Shown: positions 27,510 through 40,799 of the stretch, one piece after another
Layout of the letters: the number at the start of each line of letters is the position of its first letter
Numbering within the stretch: the first letter of the stretch is position 1
Assembly: GCA_964016885.1 (NCBI GenBank)
Contig: OZ024741.1
Location: 151,900,001 to 151,964,000, forward strand
DNA: 64,000 nt
Direction: 5' to 3'
Origin: Eledone cirrhosa
Lineage: Eukaryota
Notes under the pieces: generated by a model
What the model saw: the letters and a program-made list of their open reading frames with translations, nothing else
Told to the model about the DNA's origin: nothing
The model's database searches: none
Program-made: the position numbers and the translations under genes

Positions 27510-29501
27510 CATATATATTGTGTTGTAAAGTATGAAATTTGTAGAAATTTCTTTTTTTCTACAAATTTCTACAAATTTCATACTTGACGACCCAATATAT
27601 ATGTATTTATGTGTGTGTGCACGCGGGCGTGTGTGTCTATGTGTAAATATATATACATACACACGCACACCCATCCACACAGACACACACACATACACAC
27701 ACACACACGTAACACACACACGCACACACACACACAGTTATATATATATATACATATATATATATATAATTCTTAATCATTTTCCCTTTGAAATTAGACA
27801 TTTCCTATTTGAGATAATTAAATGTTTTGATTGGTGTTGTAATGTTATTCCGATAAGTCGATAAGAATTATGTTCAAACCTTTTCCTGCAAAACAATCTG
27901 GGAAATTATGATAAAATGTTGATATATTTAAATTGAAATATTAAATATTTTTTCCCCAGAGAAAATAGTAACTTAACTGTTGAGATAATTATTTCTCACC
28001 GATTTCAAATATATGAATTTCCGTTTCGAAAATTATTATAATTTGCAATATTGGTAAATGTTGTTGATTCTTCTATGACATGCAAGTGTCACAAAGCATC
28101 GTTTCGGATGTTCCAACGTTAGCTATTATGCAAATTCAATATGTTCTGCGGCTGGAAGTTCTCCGGTAGAAAGGGTCAGTAGTCCCAGCAGAGGGAAATC
28201 CCAGATACTCGTTCAGTTATATTTGTGACTACTTCAGGATCTGGAGTTTCTCAGTTAAGAAAAATCCACAATACCTCACCCCGTGTGTGTATAAAGTGGC
28301 TCTACCCACAATATTCCAGGTTTTAGATAAATGTTCTACGATACCTTGGTTTCCAACGAACGGAAAGTTTAAATTCTCTATGTCCATCGACCGGAACGGG
28401 TATTTAATTTGGTCATATCGAAAGATAATTGTATTTTAGGTTAATCTCCTATAATTCCTCAAGAAATTATCTGCTACTGACATGCTTGATCTATATATTC
28501 TAAATGAACACTTTAAAGTAGTTCTACAGTTCCAAGTCAGTTGTTAAATAGTGACATTTCAAATGTGCATCAAACACTATGGTCTGAAATATAGACAGCA
28601 ATCATACATTATTTGGCATTATTTGTTTTGAAAAATACATGATGGTATTCATGTGTCACTAGAAAATTTGATCTTACCAGTGATACAAGTTTCCTGGCGA
28701 TGTTGATAGCGGAATGTATATTGAATGGTGAATTCAGCCAAATGATTGTTTTCTAACTGGTTCTAGTATTGCCTGGGAAAAGGAGTTTCTTACATACATG
28801 TTCATCATTAAATCATTTTATTGTTAGTGTACCGTTGTAATAAATGACGCACTGTTGAATATGGCCCTCTCCAGAGTCAGTTTCCTGCTTATGCAAAGGT
28901 TCTATGTAATATTTGGTGGAGTCGCACCCGAGTATTTCGGCCAGAGAAGCTTCTAGATCAACATGAATTGCAAACACCAAACCTTACATTTGCCTGAGGG
29001 GCCACGTTTTCCTATAACCTGCAGACCTTTTCTCGCCATTTTCTTTCTTTCAGTTCCCCATTACATATCTTTCAGTGTGTTGTTATACCACCTACCAAGA
29101 CTTTTGACTGGTTCCTCTCTCACTGTAAGATCATTATTCAACTTATACTCTATATTTAGAGGAATTAGATTGTAGATATTATAAGGATTATTTTCTACCT
29201 TACATGTAATCTTTTACCATTTCGTTAGCAAATGAAAAAAATAAATGATTTAGGGTGGTTAAAATCTACCTCTTCTTGGGTGCAGTTACATTTTGATTGG
29301 CAGTTAAGGTGACTTATCAGAAATGGGACAATGTCATGAGACAATGAAACAATTAAACTATAAGAGGGGCCCCAAAGAGAGATTTGAAGCAATCTAAATC
29401 AATAGATATATTTCTCATTTGCAATCGAAACGGTATAAGCTTAATCGTGCATCAGAAAATACTTATAATTAAATGCATGTATATACTGTATATACATATA
29501 T

Positions 29502-29547
<46 letters not shown>

Positions 29548-29554
<7 letters not shown>

Positions 29555-29828
29555 GTGAGGTTCTTTTACAAAATGAAAAAAAAACGAGGTGTCCTACACG
29601 AGTGAAAGTATAAGGGAAAAATATGAAATTGAAAATGCAACTGGAGACTTTTTTTTTTAAATATATTTATTTGGTTCCCTTACCGGTTTCGCAGTGAGAA
29701 AAATCACAAACCCTCCATCACAATTCTACTTTTGAAAAGCACAAGAACTGCGAAACCGGTAAAGGAACCAAATAATTATATTTAAAAAAAAAAAAGACGC
29801 CAGTTGTTTTTTCGATTTCATCTTTTTT

Positions 29829-29832
<4 letters not shown>
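29548..29832. repeat. Foldback fragment, homologous to 34790-35001
   Basis: Inverted arms containing ACTGCGAAACCGGTAAAGGAACC (possible HHR 3' half); (TA)n flanks. Confidence 0.65.
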
Positions 29833-29902
<70 letters not shown>

Positions 29903-29951
29903 AGAAAGAAGAGTGACATGGTTTGCTATACAATAAGGGCTTTATTCACAT

Positions 29952-30059
29952 TGCTGACAATTGTTTCTCTGCACTGGTAGATTTAGAGATCTCTACCCGC
30001 CTGTTTTTGCGTCAATCGATCACCAATACTTTGTTATAACCAGTCAATTCATCAGAGCA
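29952..30059 (-). ncRNA. Hammerhead ribozyme with ~60-nt loop II insertion
   Basis: TGCT-CTGATGA-ATTGACTGGT..ACCAGTGCAGA-GAAAC-AATT-GTC-AGCA. Confidence 0.75.
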
Positions 30060-30149
30060 TGCGAGAATGAAGGAAATACACAGGCATGGCTTCTATATAT
30101 AGTAGTGGCATTAAATCAGAATAATAATAACAATACTCAAATAAATTAG

Positions 30150-30720
30150 CTAGACTGTAAATAGTTAAAATAATCACATCAATCTAAGTAAGACATAGAG
30201 TATACTGATGACTTTACCATGTAAAACGAGCTGATACGAAGCAGATGTATGAAATTGACATGTAAAAGCTGTCACGGGGTATATTATATATAGTGTAGAG
30301 ATAACCTGGGGCTTGAAACAATGGACCATTTACTTTACTGTAGGTTTGCTGACCGTAAGTTTTATTTACTATCTGACAGATAAAATATTTTCATTGTAGT
30401 GAGGATGGTAATTTTTATGTGGTGTAAAGCGAATTCATTATTTAAGTGGTCTATATTAGATGAAGGGATTGTTAGTTCGAATCATGGGGTTGTTTAGCTT
30501 TTACAGCATCAATAACAAATCATGTATGGATAGGATAAGAATAACAGCTATATAGGCGGTAAGGTAATACAGAGGTTAAGGAAGCAAGGTATATATATAG
30601 AGAAAACATGATGAATACTATTACGGAGACATTGAGGTGTTCATTATAACAACAGGAGGAAGGTGATATTTCAAGGACTGTGGTAGTAGTCAAATAATGT
30701 ACTTGGAATTAAGTTCATCT
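30150..30720 (-). pseudogene. Highly degraded L2/CR1-group endonuclease region
   Basis: IRT..SSNIDH (PTR..IDH-like) motif across a frameshift. Confidence 0.35.
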
Positions 30721-31250
30721 ATTGAAAATCAAGAGTGAGGAGGTTGTGTTGACAGAATTATGTTTCTCTCTTACTGCTTCCCTGTTCTCTCTGTTTCTCT
30801 CACCTTCTTTCGCCCCCTCTGTCAGTTACACTTCCTCTCGACTGACCGCTTCCTCGCACTTCCACTCACTCACTCTCTGTTTCTCCCCTTCTCACTTCCT
30901 TCCGTTTGGCTTACAGTGGGTCTCTTCTTGCTTACATCTCACTCACGTCGGACGGTCTGTACCTTTCGCTCATGAAATCCACCCACCTTATGCTGACCGG
31001 ACAACCATGCTGCTTGTTTTTTTTCCTATCTCTGGTTTGCTTTTATCCTTCTATGTTGTTTACTTGTCCCCCTCGCTTTACGTGATTTACTGGTCCCAAT
31101 AACATTTTTTAGTTATTGCTCGCACCAACTGAGGTATATGATTTTTGATGCGATGAAATACCAATGATGGTTGGAAAATCCCTGACGAAGGTCTATTTTT
31201 ATCATATGTAACCCATGTGCAACCACGCAGTATTCTTCTTTCTTCTCATG

Positions 31251-31288
<38 letters not shown>

Positions 31289-31340
31289 CAGGAAAGAAGG
31301 TTTACATGGTTTGCTATACAAAAAAGTTTTTAATCACATA

Positions 31341-31446
31341 GCTTACATTTGTTTCACTGAACTGGTATGTCTAGAGATCGTTATCCGCCTAATTTTGCGT
31401 CACTCGATCGCCAATACAGAATTATAACCAGTCAGATCTTCGGAGC
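31341..31446 (-). ncRNA. Hammerhead (U4C variant) with long loop II
   Basis: Reverse complement of 31510-31615. Confidence 0.65.
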
Positions 31447-31509
31447 ATGCGAGAATGAAGAAAATACACAGGCAAGATTCTTGCCTGTGTATTTTCTTCA
31501 TTCTCGCAT

Positions 31510-31615
31510 GCTCCGAAGATCTGACTGGTTATAATTCTGTATTGGCGATCGAGTGACGCAAAATTAGGCGGATAACGATCTCTAGACATACCAGTTCAGT
31601 GAAACAAATGTAAGC
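31510..31615 (+). ncRNA. Hammerhead (U4C variant) with long loop II
   Basis: GCT-CCGAAGA-T-CTGACTGGT..ACCAGTTCAG-T-GAAAC-AAAT-GTA-AGC. Confidence 0.65.
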
Positions 31616-31844
31616 TATGTGATTAAAAACTTTTTTGTATAGCAAACTATGTAAACCTTCTTTCCTGATTTATTATTACTCCAAGTGTTTACAACATAGG
31701 AATTACAGCATACCCGCAGCATCACTATGAAAACGCCTTGTTGAGTCAAACCAAGCCAAGCGTTAATATCATCCACTACCTGGAATACCATAACTGGACT
31801 TCACCTAAGTGGACTGCATTTAACTATTATTTGTTAATCCGTAC

Positions 31845-31875
<31 letters not shown>

Positions 31876-32310
31876 CACACACACACACACACACACACTG
31901 ATAGCGAAGTCAATGTTTTCATAATGTCGTAATGCAGATAGAATCATAGCTATAACGTTGCGCCCCGTTTAAGACGGCACTCATGGCTTAGCAATTACAT
32001 AGTCAACGGTTCGGAAATCACATGCATCACTGACGAGTTTACTCCTTACTCTACCAGTTAGTCTTAGTGTAGTCTTAGTGTACTTAGTGTACTTATTGTA
32101 CCAGTTAGTCTTAGTGTACTTCGTCCTGCTTTTAGGTCATGCCTCGAAGGAAGAGATACTCCATTGGCCGAAATACTGCGAAAGCGGCAAGAAAAAGAAC
32201 AAGGCGGGCAAACGAATCGTCAGTGGAATCTGCTTTTCGAAGCCGTAGCTATGCAAACACATGGGGTCTAACGCCCTCTGCTGATGTCCAACAGAAGCAA
32301 GGTGGACAAC

Positions 32311-32350
32311 CGTCTATGCATTTCAGGCTTAACTGGCCTTCGTCAGGACG
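32311..32350 (-). ncRNA. Minimal type I hammerhead ribozyme
   Basis: CGTC-CTGACGA-AGGC cagttaa GCCT-GAAA-TGCA-TA-GACG; palindromic stem III ATGCAT. Confidence 0.85.
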
Positions 32351-32639
32351 CCCCCCCCCCCCCCGCATGCGACTGCGGGACTAGAAGACAGGCGAGAATA
32401 TATACTTTTCTCGTCTGTGTAAATAAATGAGGTGATTAATCTCATTTGAATATGAAGCTGCATAAGTTGGCTCAACTTATAATAAAAAAGAAATAGGATT
32501 TCGCTTCAAACATAGCTTTATACAATTTGTATAAATATTTCGTATCTCCAAAGAAATACGGTTTTAGGAAGCCGTAGCTATACAAACACCGGGGGACTAT
32601 GGCCCTCTGGTGATGTCCAGCACAAGCAAGGGGAACAAC

Positions 32640-32679
32640 TGTCTATGCATTTCAAGCTTATCTGGCCTTCGTCAGGATG
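32640..32679 (-). ncRNA. Minimal hammerhead, second tandem copy
   Basis: CTGACGA-AGGC..GCTT-GAAA-TGCA-TA; ~330 bp from the first copy; weaker stem I. Confidence 0.75.
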
Positions 32680-33081
32680 GTCCCTCCCACCGCTTGAGAT
32701 TGCTGGACTAGAAGACAGGCCAGAATATATACTTTTCTCGTCTGTGTAAATGAGGTGATTAATCTCATTTGCATATGAAGCTGCATAAGTTGGCTCAATC
32801 CCCCCCCCCCGCACCCAGCCACGCGGTGTTTGCATAGCTACGGCTTCCTAAAACCGTATTTCTTTGGAGACACGAAATATTTATACATATTGTATAAAGC
32901 TATGCTTGAAGCGAAATCCTATTTCTTTTTTATTATAAGTTGAGCCAACTTATGCAGCTTCATATGCAAATGATATTAATCACCTCATTTACACAGACGA
33001 GAAAAAAAATGTATATATATATATATGGATGCCGTAGAACACGCCAATGGTAGCCGGGCGCCAGCCGGACGGGCCATCTAG

Positions 33082-33238
<157 letters not shown>

Positions 33239-33299
33239 GTGTGTGTGTATAGTAATAATAATAACATTTATACTTATATATATGTTCTATATACAATTA

Positions 33300-34151
33300 T
33301 AAATATGGGGGGTAGTACTAAGTACTAGCCAGTTCCCAGTAGGAGAAAAGGCTCAATGTAAATTATTAAGTGTATTACAGAGCCGAGATACAAATGTTAA
33401 AACAATCAAATCTTAGTTTAATACATTTAATTGATGACAATTGTTTCTTCCAGAGGGATGTCTGGAATCATCGGAACAAAGAGAATGTTTAAACAGGTAA
33501 TTAAAATTCTAGTCTTCAGAACATTTAGGTAGATACATAACTATTGTCAGTGTCAGTGACATCATATAGAAAATCAGAAGTTAAAAAAGAATGTTATGCT
33601 TCAGAAAATACAATTATACGGAGCAATGGTGAAAAGTGAAAAATTAAGCATATTATGTATAAAAACTATATTATTTAAGGTAATACATGTGCAAAAGGTA
33701 CAAGCAAAAAAAAGATGTAAGATAAGATAGATAAAAGATATCATAGCATTGGAAATCAGGTAATATTAAGGGTATATAATGCAAAAGTCAATACAATTAA
33801 TAAAGGTATGTATGAGGTAAGAGTTATATAATAAATGAAACAAGCATATTTCATGTAGAATGTAAAAGAATGTTACAAGTGTTAGAAATGTTAACATTTT
33901 TTTAATGGCGTGCTAAATGGTAGAGAGAAATGTGGTGATGACATGGATAGATGCTATGTAAAATATAATGCAAGAAAGGTGATTAAATTAGATAGGAAAT
34001 TTTCATTCAAGAATGTTTATATTGGAGTTCGTATATAGATGTATATGTTAGGTGTAACACAAATGTATTAACCATGGAATTTTCTTAGTTTTAGATGTAA
34101 TGTTTTTGAGATGTGTATAGTTTAAAGATGTGTGTTTGGTAAAGATAAATT

Positions 34152-34184
<33 letters not shown>

Positions 34185-34280
34185 TATATATACAGCCAAA
34201 TTTCATTTATAACCAATCAAATCACGCTTATTAAAAAAAAGCCTTCGTGAGCCACCTTTTTCTAAAGTAAATAAATTCAA

Positions 34281-34311
<31 letters not shown>

Positions 34312-34600
34312 CACAAGCACACAAATAAACACACATATCTTTACTTTCTTTATTCAATAGAAAATCTGAATTCTGACACCCCAGTGAACTAACCATTTTC
34401 ACTGAACCAGAACAATTCTCCCATCCCTTTCTCTTGACCATTATCTTTTTATCAAAAAATTCTCTAAAAAGGCTAGAGAATGGATTTCCAAATAAGGGCA
34501 CAAAAATTTAATGAAAATTTGTTCACGTGACAGCCATAATTTCATTTATAACCAACCAAAAAAAGCCTTCGTGAGCCTCCTTTTTTCAAGTAAAAAGAAA
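33300..34600 (-). mobile_element. Possible degraded Penelope-like element
   Basis: Downstream HHR; PL.GNPFS segment resembles the PLE LPY.G..S linker motif. Confidence 0.35.
33431..33479 (-). ncRNA. Hammerhead (U4C variant) at the 3' side of a possible PLE remnant
   Basis: TTGTT-CCGATGA-TTCCAGA catccc TCTGGAA-GAAAC-AATT-GTC-ATCAA. Confidence 0.65.
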
Positions 34601-34994
34601 TTCAAACACTCATATATGAAAAAACAACCTGTGACAACCCCCCCCCCCTTATTTGAAGAACTATTGTAACGCGAACTGGCGCGAAATTTATTATAATTAT
34701 TGACAAACCAATCAAATTACTTCTCGAAAAACCTGGCATTTCGAGCCACTTTTTCCATATAAAACAAGTAACATTCAGAGACCAACCAGATGTGAGAAAA
34801 ACCACAGACCCTCCATCTCAACTCACCTTTTGAAAAGCAGAAGAACTGTGAAACCGGTAAAGGAACCAAATAAATATATATATATTTTTTTAAAAATAAG
34901 ACTCCAGTTGCATTTTCGATTTCATCTCTTTCTATTTATACTTTCACTCGTGTAGGACACCTCGGTTATTTTTCATTTTGTAAAAAAACCTCAC

Positions 34995-35074
<80 letters not shown>

Positions 35075-36033
35075 ATTAAAATACTGGAGCGTGTTGGAGT
35101 TAAACACCCTCTTCGTATTATAGAAATCCCCCCTTTTTATGCTCCTTTCTATTATATAATACAGTATATTGATTATCATTTTATGCTCCTTTGTATCCAT
35201 ACATTTCTTTTTTTCTGTCCATATTAGCCTACCATAATTCTGCTTAAGTCAGTTTTTTAGATATCGTTATGTAAATGATAATAGAATATTTCATGCCTTT
35301 CTATATATATTTATAGTGAAATATTAATGTTTAGGAATTTTGATTACTTAAACCATAGCTAATATTGTATTGTCTTATTAGGTATTTTAAATATTTTCAA
35401 TATTAATTTATCAAATAGGGTTTTCTAGTCATTTATCTGGGTTGTTTCCTAAATTTTTACTTAACTGCATGTGAGACCTAAGTAAATACTTTTGTTTTTG
35501 TTTTTTAATTTCCGGTTGATTTTATTTATTTATTTATTAATACTACTGTGCATAGTATTTTCTGTCTGGCCCTTATTCACTCATTCACATATGTGTCAGT
35601 TTACCAACCTTGTAATTATAAGTAATTATATATTATATTATGTTCATTATTTTATATTGAAGTTGTTATTCAACTCTTTGTAAATGTACTATTGATCCTT
35701 ATTACTTACCGATGATTTTATGTACCATTATGATATGTTAAATTTTATATATCATGTAAGATGTTTATATTTTTGTACCATCATAATTTTGGGTATTGTA
35801 CAATTTATATTTTTTTCTCACCTACTCTGTAACTCTATATGAATTGATTTGTTAACTTGCATGCCATTATATATTATATATTATTATATTATTATTATAG
35901 TATTATTGTGACATCTATATTGTTTGTGTAAATTAACCGAAGATTATCTATTATATTATACTATATATTATATAATTATATAGTTTATTATATATTATAT
36001 GTGTTACTTTTAATCATTTCATTACTTCATGGC

Positions 36034-36658
36034 GAATTTCTTCCTCAGGGCGCATAGGGATACATCCTCTTCTACCGGCGCTGATTGGCTGAACTGAGCC
36101 AAATCACGCACAGAGAATGTATGTGAGCCCGCGGAATGTAGGTCACTACATCATCACGTCGGGGTCACCACTTTAGCAGTAATTAGTTATAGATGTTATC
36201 GCCACTTTAACAGGGTAGATGATTGAAGGTCCCTCGATCTATTTACCATCTATTTACAATATTCCTTTCGTCAGGTCGCCAATTCCAGCAGCATGGATTA
36301 AAGTTGTTATTGAGACACGAGTAACATAATAACGACTTCAACCGCAGTAATTAGAGATGAAATGTTTGTTTATTTATATGGTTGAAGTTACAGATAAAAA
36401 GAGGTTACAAAAGGGAATGTGCCATTGCGCCGTTAAGCCGGCGAGGCTAGGGGTGCAATATCTCACTGCTACATTATGCGTGTTGCTGGCTCGAAGTTTC
36501 TGGTACCTGAGAGAGATTCTTCAAATCTTCGCGGGGAATTTCTTTCTCAGGGCGCGTAGGGATACATCCTCTTCTACTGGCGCTGATTGGCTGAACTGAG
36601 CCAAATCACGCACAGAGAATGTATGTGAGCCCGCGGAATGTAGGTCACTACATCATCA
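36034..36658. repeat. ~125-bp GC-richer direct repeats (36034-36156, 36536-36658)
   Basis: Near-identical copies ~500 bp apart. Confidence 0.8.
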
Positions 36659-37097
36659 TTTTTATTTTTATTCCTATTATGCTTATTTATATTTAAACCC
36701 TTAATAAGGTTTAATTTGTGCTGTTAATGATGGAAATGTGTATTGATGTATATGTATATGTGCGTACGTATGCGTACATATATACATGTATATTGTGCCT
36801 TTTAATTTTAATTTTAATTTTAATATTGTTACAAGTATTATATATATTATAATATATTATATTATATTGTATTACATATGGTACTATAATTCCCGCTCTA
36901 TATAACCACCTTTGTTTAGCTCTAGTTTTTTTTGCTTTCGACTATATTTGTAATATGGTTCAAAATGTTATCCACTTCCTTAGTGATTTTTATTATATAT
37001 TTTTACCCATAATCTTCCAATACTTTAGTGTATGTACACTCCATATTCTTCGGAGTTTTCGGCTTGTATTGGCCGATAGTGCTTCTTGTGGTTTTGA

Positions 37098-37140
37098 TTG
37101 CCCTGATGAGTCCTTAATAGGACGAAACATTGTTGGCTAA
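37098..37140 (+). ncRNA. Minimal type I hammerhead ribozyme
   Basis: GCC-CTGATGA-GTCC ttaata GGAC-GAAAC-ATT-GTT-GGC. Confidence 0.8.
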
Positions 37141-37212
37141 TAAAGACTTTTGATGTATTGAAGGCTTCTTTGTTTTATTTTCATAATATATATATATATA
37201 TATATACCATAT

Positions 37213-37287
<75 letters not shown>

Positions 37288-37304
37288 TACATACATATAT
37301 ATAT

Positions 37305-37480
37305 CCCAGTAGAAGAAAGACGCAGTAGAGATAGACCACGATAAACATGGGCGGAGGTGGTGAGAGCAGACCTAGGATAGCTGAAACTCACCAAGGAGAT
37401 GACGAAGGACCGTGACAAGTGGAGAGATGCTGAATAGGATCCGTCCAACCCTTGCAAGCAGGGAAAAGGCGGACGTAAAA
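37305..37480 (+). mobile_element. RTE-like LINE 3' end
   Basis: RP.*TWAEVVRADL..MTKDRDKWR motif. Confidence 0.6.
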
Positions 37481-37606
37481 GGTAAACAGAACTGAGAGAG
37501 AGAGAGATATTTGAATATTCTCTACTCTACGGTTATGCTTGTACCATTTCGATGGCAAATGAGAAAATATATCTATTGATTTAGATTATATATATATATA
37601 TATATA

Positions 37607-37717
37607 TAGTTTTAATATAGATGAGATTCTACAGGACTAGAACTGTTTCATTCATTTGATGATTTCTAATGAATGAAACAGTTCTAGTCCTGTAGAATCT
37701 CATCTATATTAAAACTA
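37607..37717. repeat. 50-bp-arm palindrome containing a 5'-truncated hammerhead
   Basis: Spacer plus right arm read TGATGA-T-TTC taat GAA-T-GAAAC-A-GTT-CTAG. Confidence 0.7.
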
Positions 37718-37782
37718 TTATACTCTGCTATGTATTGAGTACCTTACTTACTGTGGTTACCTCCGATTCAACCCGGAATAAC

Positions 37783-37851
<69 letters not shown>

Positions 37852-38011
37852 TATACACGTTTATTATATAGACGCACACATACACACGCGCGCGCACGTA
37901 CACACACACACTCACTCACTTACACACACACACACGTACATCATTTTAATTATAATGTTTTTCCTACACCTCTCTTAGTTTATATTCTATTCCGAGTTTA
38001 TATTCCGTTTA

Positions 38012-38075
<64 letters not shown>

Positions 38076-39197
38076 GACTAACGCATCAAATTGTAATCTA
38101 AATTTGTCCAAATTTGTCCGGCGATAATTCATAGGCGTTTTTACCACAGTAAATTGTATAAGTAGATTGGTGTTAAGATGTTGACAATAGCTCAGTAGTT
38201 CTGGCAATATCTCAGCTTTCTATTCCTGTTGACAATCGCCCTGGTAGTTATCTGCGGTTACCTTTCATGTCGGATTCCTCATTAGTTTAGTTAAAGATCA
38301 TCATACTACACACTCGTCCACACAAATACTTTCCGACCAGAAAAATGAATGTGTGAATATGAATGTAACGTTATATATCGTTTTATATATATATATATAT
38401 ATATATATTCATAATGTATTGTTGTTGCTGTGACATATATATTGCTATATATTTTCCAGGCAACAATCTCCATCCAATTATATATATGTGTGTGGGGGGT
38501 GAGGCGGTGGGGGTGGGGGGAGGGGATGAAACACGTGGGAACTACTTTGTCCTATGTTTACAGAAATGTTTATTTCTTATCCTCTCCTCTCTCTATCTCA
38601 CACTGCCTACAAACAGTGTTGACAAGACGGTCAGTGGCCATAGCAGTTTCTATATATATATCTATCTATTTACCTAATTACCTAAAAAAATTTGATTTTC
38701 GGATAATTACCTATTGCTAAGGACCACTCTAATATACATATATCCGTATGTGGTTGGCAGCTGAGAGAAGTGAGTACTCGGTATTGAGTTTATATGCAAA
38801 CAATGAGAAAAGGAGAGCAAGATGAAATATATAAGGAAAGATAGTATATATATATACATATATATGAATATTTCATTTATTTTGTTTGACCCGTTTAGCT
38901 TGTCTCGTCTTTTTGGCTTAGGTAGTTGATAGCTTCTTCACCGCCATCTCAGTTTGTATAGCCTTTATAACCTATGTTTATTGCTCTGGTCTCTTTTGGT
39001 CCATGGAGTGCTTGCCAGCATAACTCGGATATTGCGTTTCGCTTATTAACGACCCGCCGAAATACGAAATCTCGCTGAATATATATTTGTATGAAACGAA
39101 AGGAGATGTGTGGTTACTAAAAGCAAGGTTTAGGATGGTAGTTAGGACGGAACACGAGGAGAAAGGAAGAAAGGAGTTTCCTTCGTCAGCTGTAAAG

Positions 39198-39256
<59 letters not shown>

Positions 39257-39299
39257 TGTATTTGTATTCATTGTATTTGTATATAAACAAGTGCATAGA

Positions 39300-39770
39300 T
39301 GCAAGGAGAAATGGAGAGTAAAGAGAAAAGGAGAGTAAGGAGAAAAGGATAACAATGAGAAAAGGAGGGCAAGGAGAAAAGGAGTGCAAGGAGAGGAAGG
39401 AGTTAATGAGAGTAAGCAGAACAAGGAGAAAAGGCGAGTAAGGAGGGCAAGGAGAAAAGGAGAGGAAGGATAACAGGAGAGCAAGGAGAGCAAGGAGAAA
39501 AGGAGAGCAAGTAGAGCAATGAGAAAAGGAGAACTAGAAGAGCAAGGAGAGCAATGATAAAAAGGAGAGTAAGGAGAGCAAGGAGAAAAGGAGAGCAATG
39601 AGAAAATTTGAGCAAGTAGAGCAATGAAAGCAAGGAGAAAAGGAGAGCAAGGAGAGCAAGGAGAAAAGGAGAGCAATGAGAAAATTTGAGCAAGTAGAGC
39701 AATGAAAGCAAGGAGAAAAGGAGAGCAAGGAGAGCTAGGATAAAAGGAGAGAAATGAGAGCAAGGAGAGG
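39300..39770. repeat. Purine-rich degenerate tandem repeat (GGAGAGCAA/GGAGAAAA)
   Basis: Seen directly; explains the spurious Leu/Ser/Phe-rich ORFs. Confidence 0.85.
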
Positions 39771-39774
39771 TTAA

Positions 39775-40642
39775 GCTAAATATTGTTCAAGTTATGCTGG
39801 AAGCAGACAAAGTTGAAGAAGACGAAGAAGAAAGAAATCAACTGAAGAGGTACATTCTGCACCAAAATGACTTTTCTTCCTTTACAAACATCGAGTTTTC
39901 GTCTTTTTTAATTCCTGGTACAAAAACTTTCTTCGCGAGATTTTCTATCAACACAGATTTCCTCGACAAAGACCCCTCAACATGGAAAGAAGGTCCTGGT
40001 TTCGAAAGTGGACTTGAAAAACTTGAGAAGACAGTTGCTGTAAATGATGTTGCAGAAAGAGGTGTCAAACTCATTCAGGATTACAATAATATTCTCACAA
40101 AAGATGAAACTGAGAAACAATTTGTTATACAGATCGTTACCGAAAACCGTAAAACATACCCAACTGCCACTAAATCCTCTCTTATGCAAAAATAATGTTC
40201 AATATTCAGTGTTCAGTGTTCACATCATGTTTTTGATTCTATAGAAATTATTGTACATAAAAAATGCGTTTCTCTTATGGAAGTTGTGTGCTTTATTAAG
40301 AAAACCTAATATTTCTTAAGTTTTTCATATTATTTCAGAAATTTGTCAAATTAACTATTGGTAAATTTGATTCAGAACGTTTTTAAACATTTGCTGGGGT
40401 TGCCTGGATGTGTCCACATAAATGTTTCTAAGAAAAAAGGAAATGGTCGAGATAGGGAACAGTATACCGCTTTTGATCAGAATTAATCGTTGCGTATATT
40501 ATGTTCCAACTTCAAGGTGTTTGAGGGTTGCCTGAGTGAGCTGAAATGTTGCACCCCCAGTGTTTTTCTTGATTGAAATAGGATTAGGGGTTGGGAGCAG
40601 GAAATTTTAACTTTCGGAAAATTAACTATTGCTAAGGGCCCC

Positions 40643-40645
<3 letters not shown>
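39775..40645 (+). mobile_element. 3' part of a DNA transposon (hAT-like, possibly hATm)
   Basis: ORF 39794-40195 with VNDVAERGVKLIQDYN..LTKDE..Q C-terminal motif. Confidence 0.55.
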
Positions 40646-40710
<65 letters not shown>

Positions 40711-40749
40711 ATGTATATATATTTATATATATATATATGTATATATATT

Positions 40750-40781
<32 letters not shown>

Positions 40782-40799
40782 CACATATATATACATATA

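Larger units (their letters stand above)
31265..31672. repeat. Near-perfect ~195-bp-arm palindrome of an HHR mini-element
   Basis: 31265-31476 is the reverse complement of 31481-31672; homologous to 29900-30090. Confidence 0.85.
31940..33081 (+). mobile_element. Probable non-autonomous Helitron carrying an HHR tandem
   Basis: MPRRKRYSIGRNTAKAARKRTRRANES resembles RepHel N-termini; GC-rich hairpin plus CTAG then T at ~33050-33082. Confidence 0.5.

Noticed and set aside
28400-29400. Possible degraded LINE endonuclease region
   Set aside because: Only scattered weak motifs; cannot be assigned without a profile search
38888-39195. Two further hammerhead-like remnants on the minus strand
   Set aside because: Multiple core mismatches and no convincing stem I
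38978-39763. 261-aa hydrophobic ORF resembling a membrane protein
   Set aside because: Antisense reading of a purine-rich tandem repeat plus (TA)n
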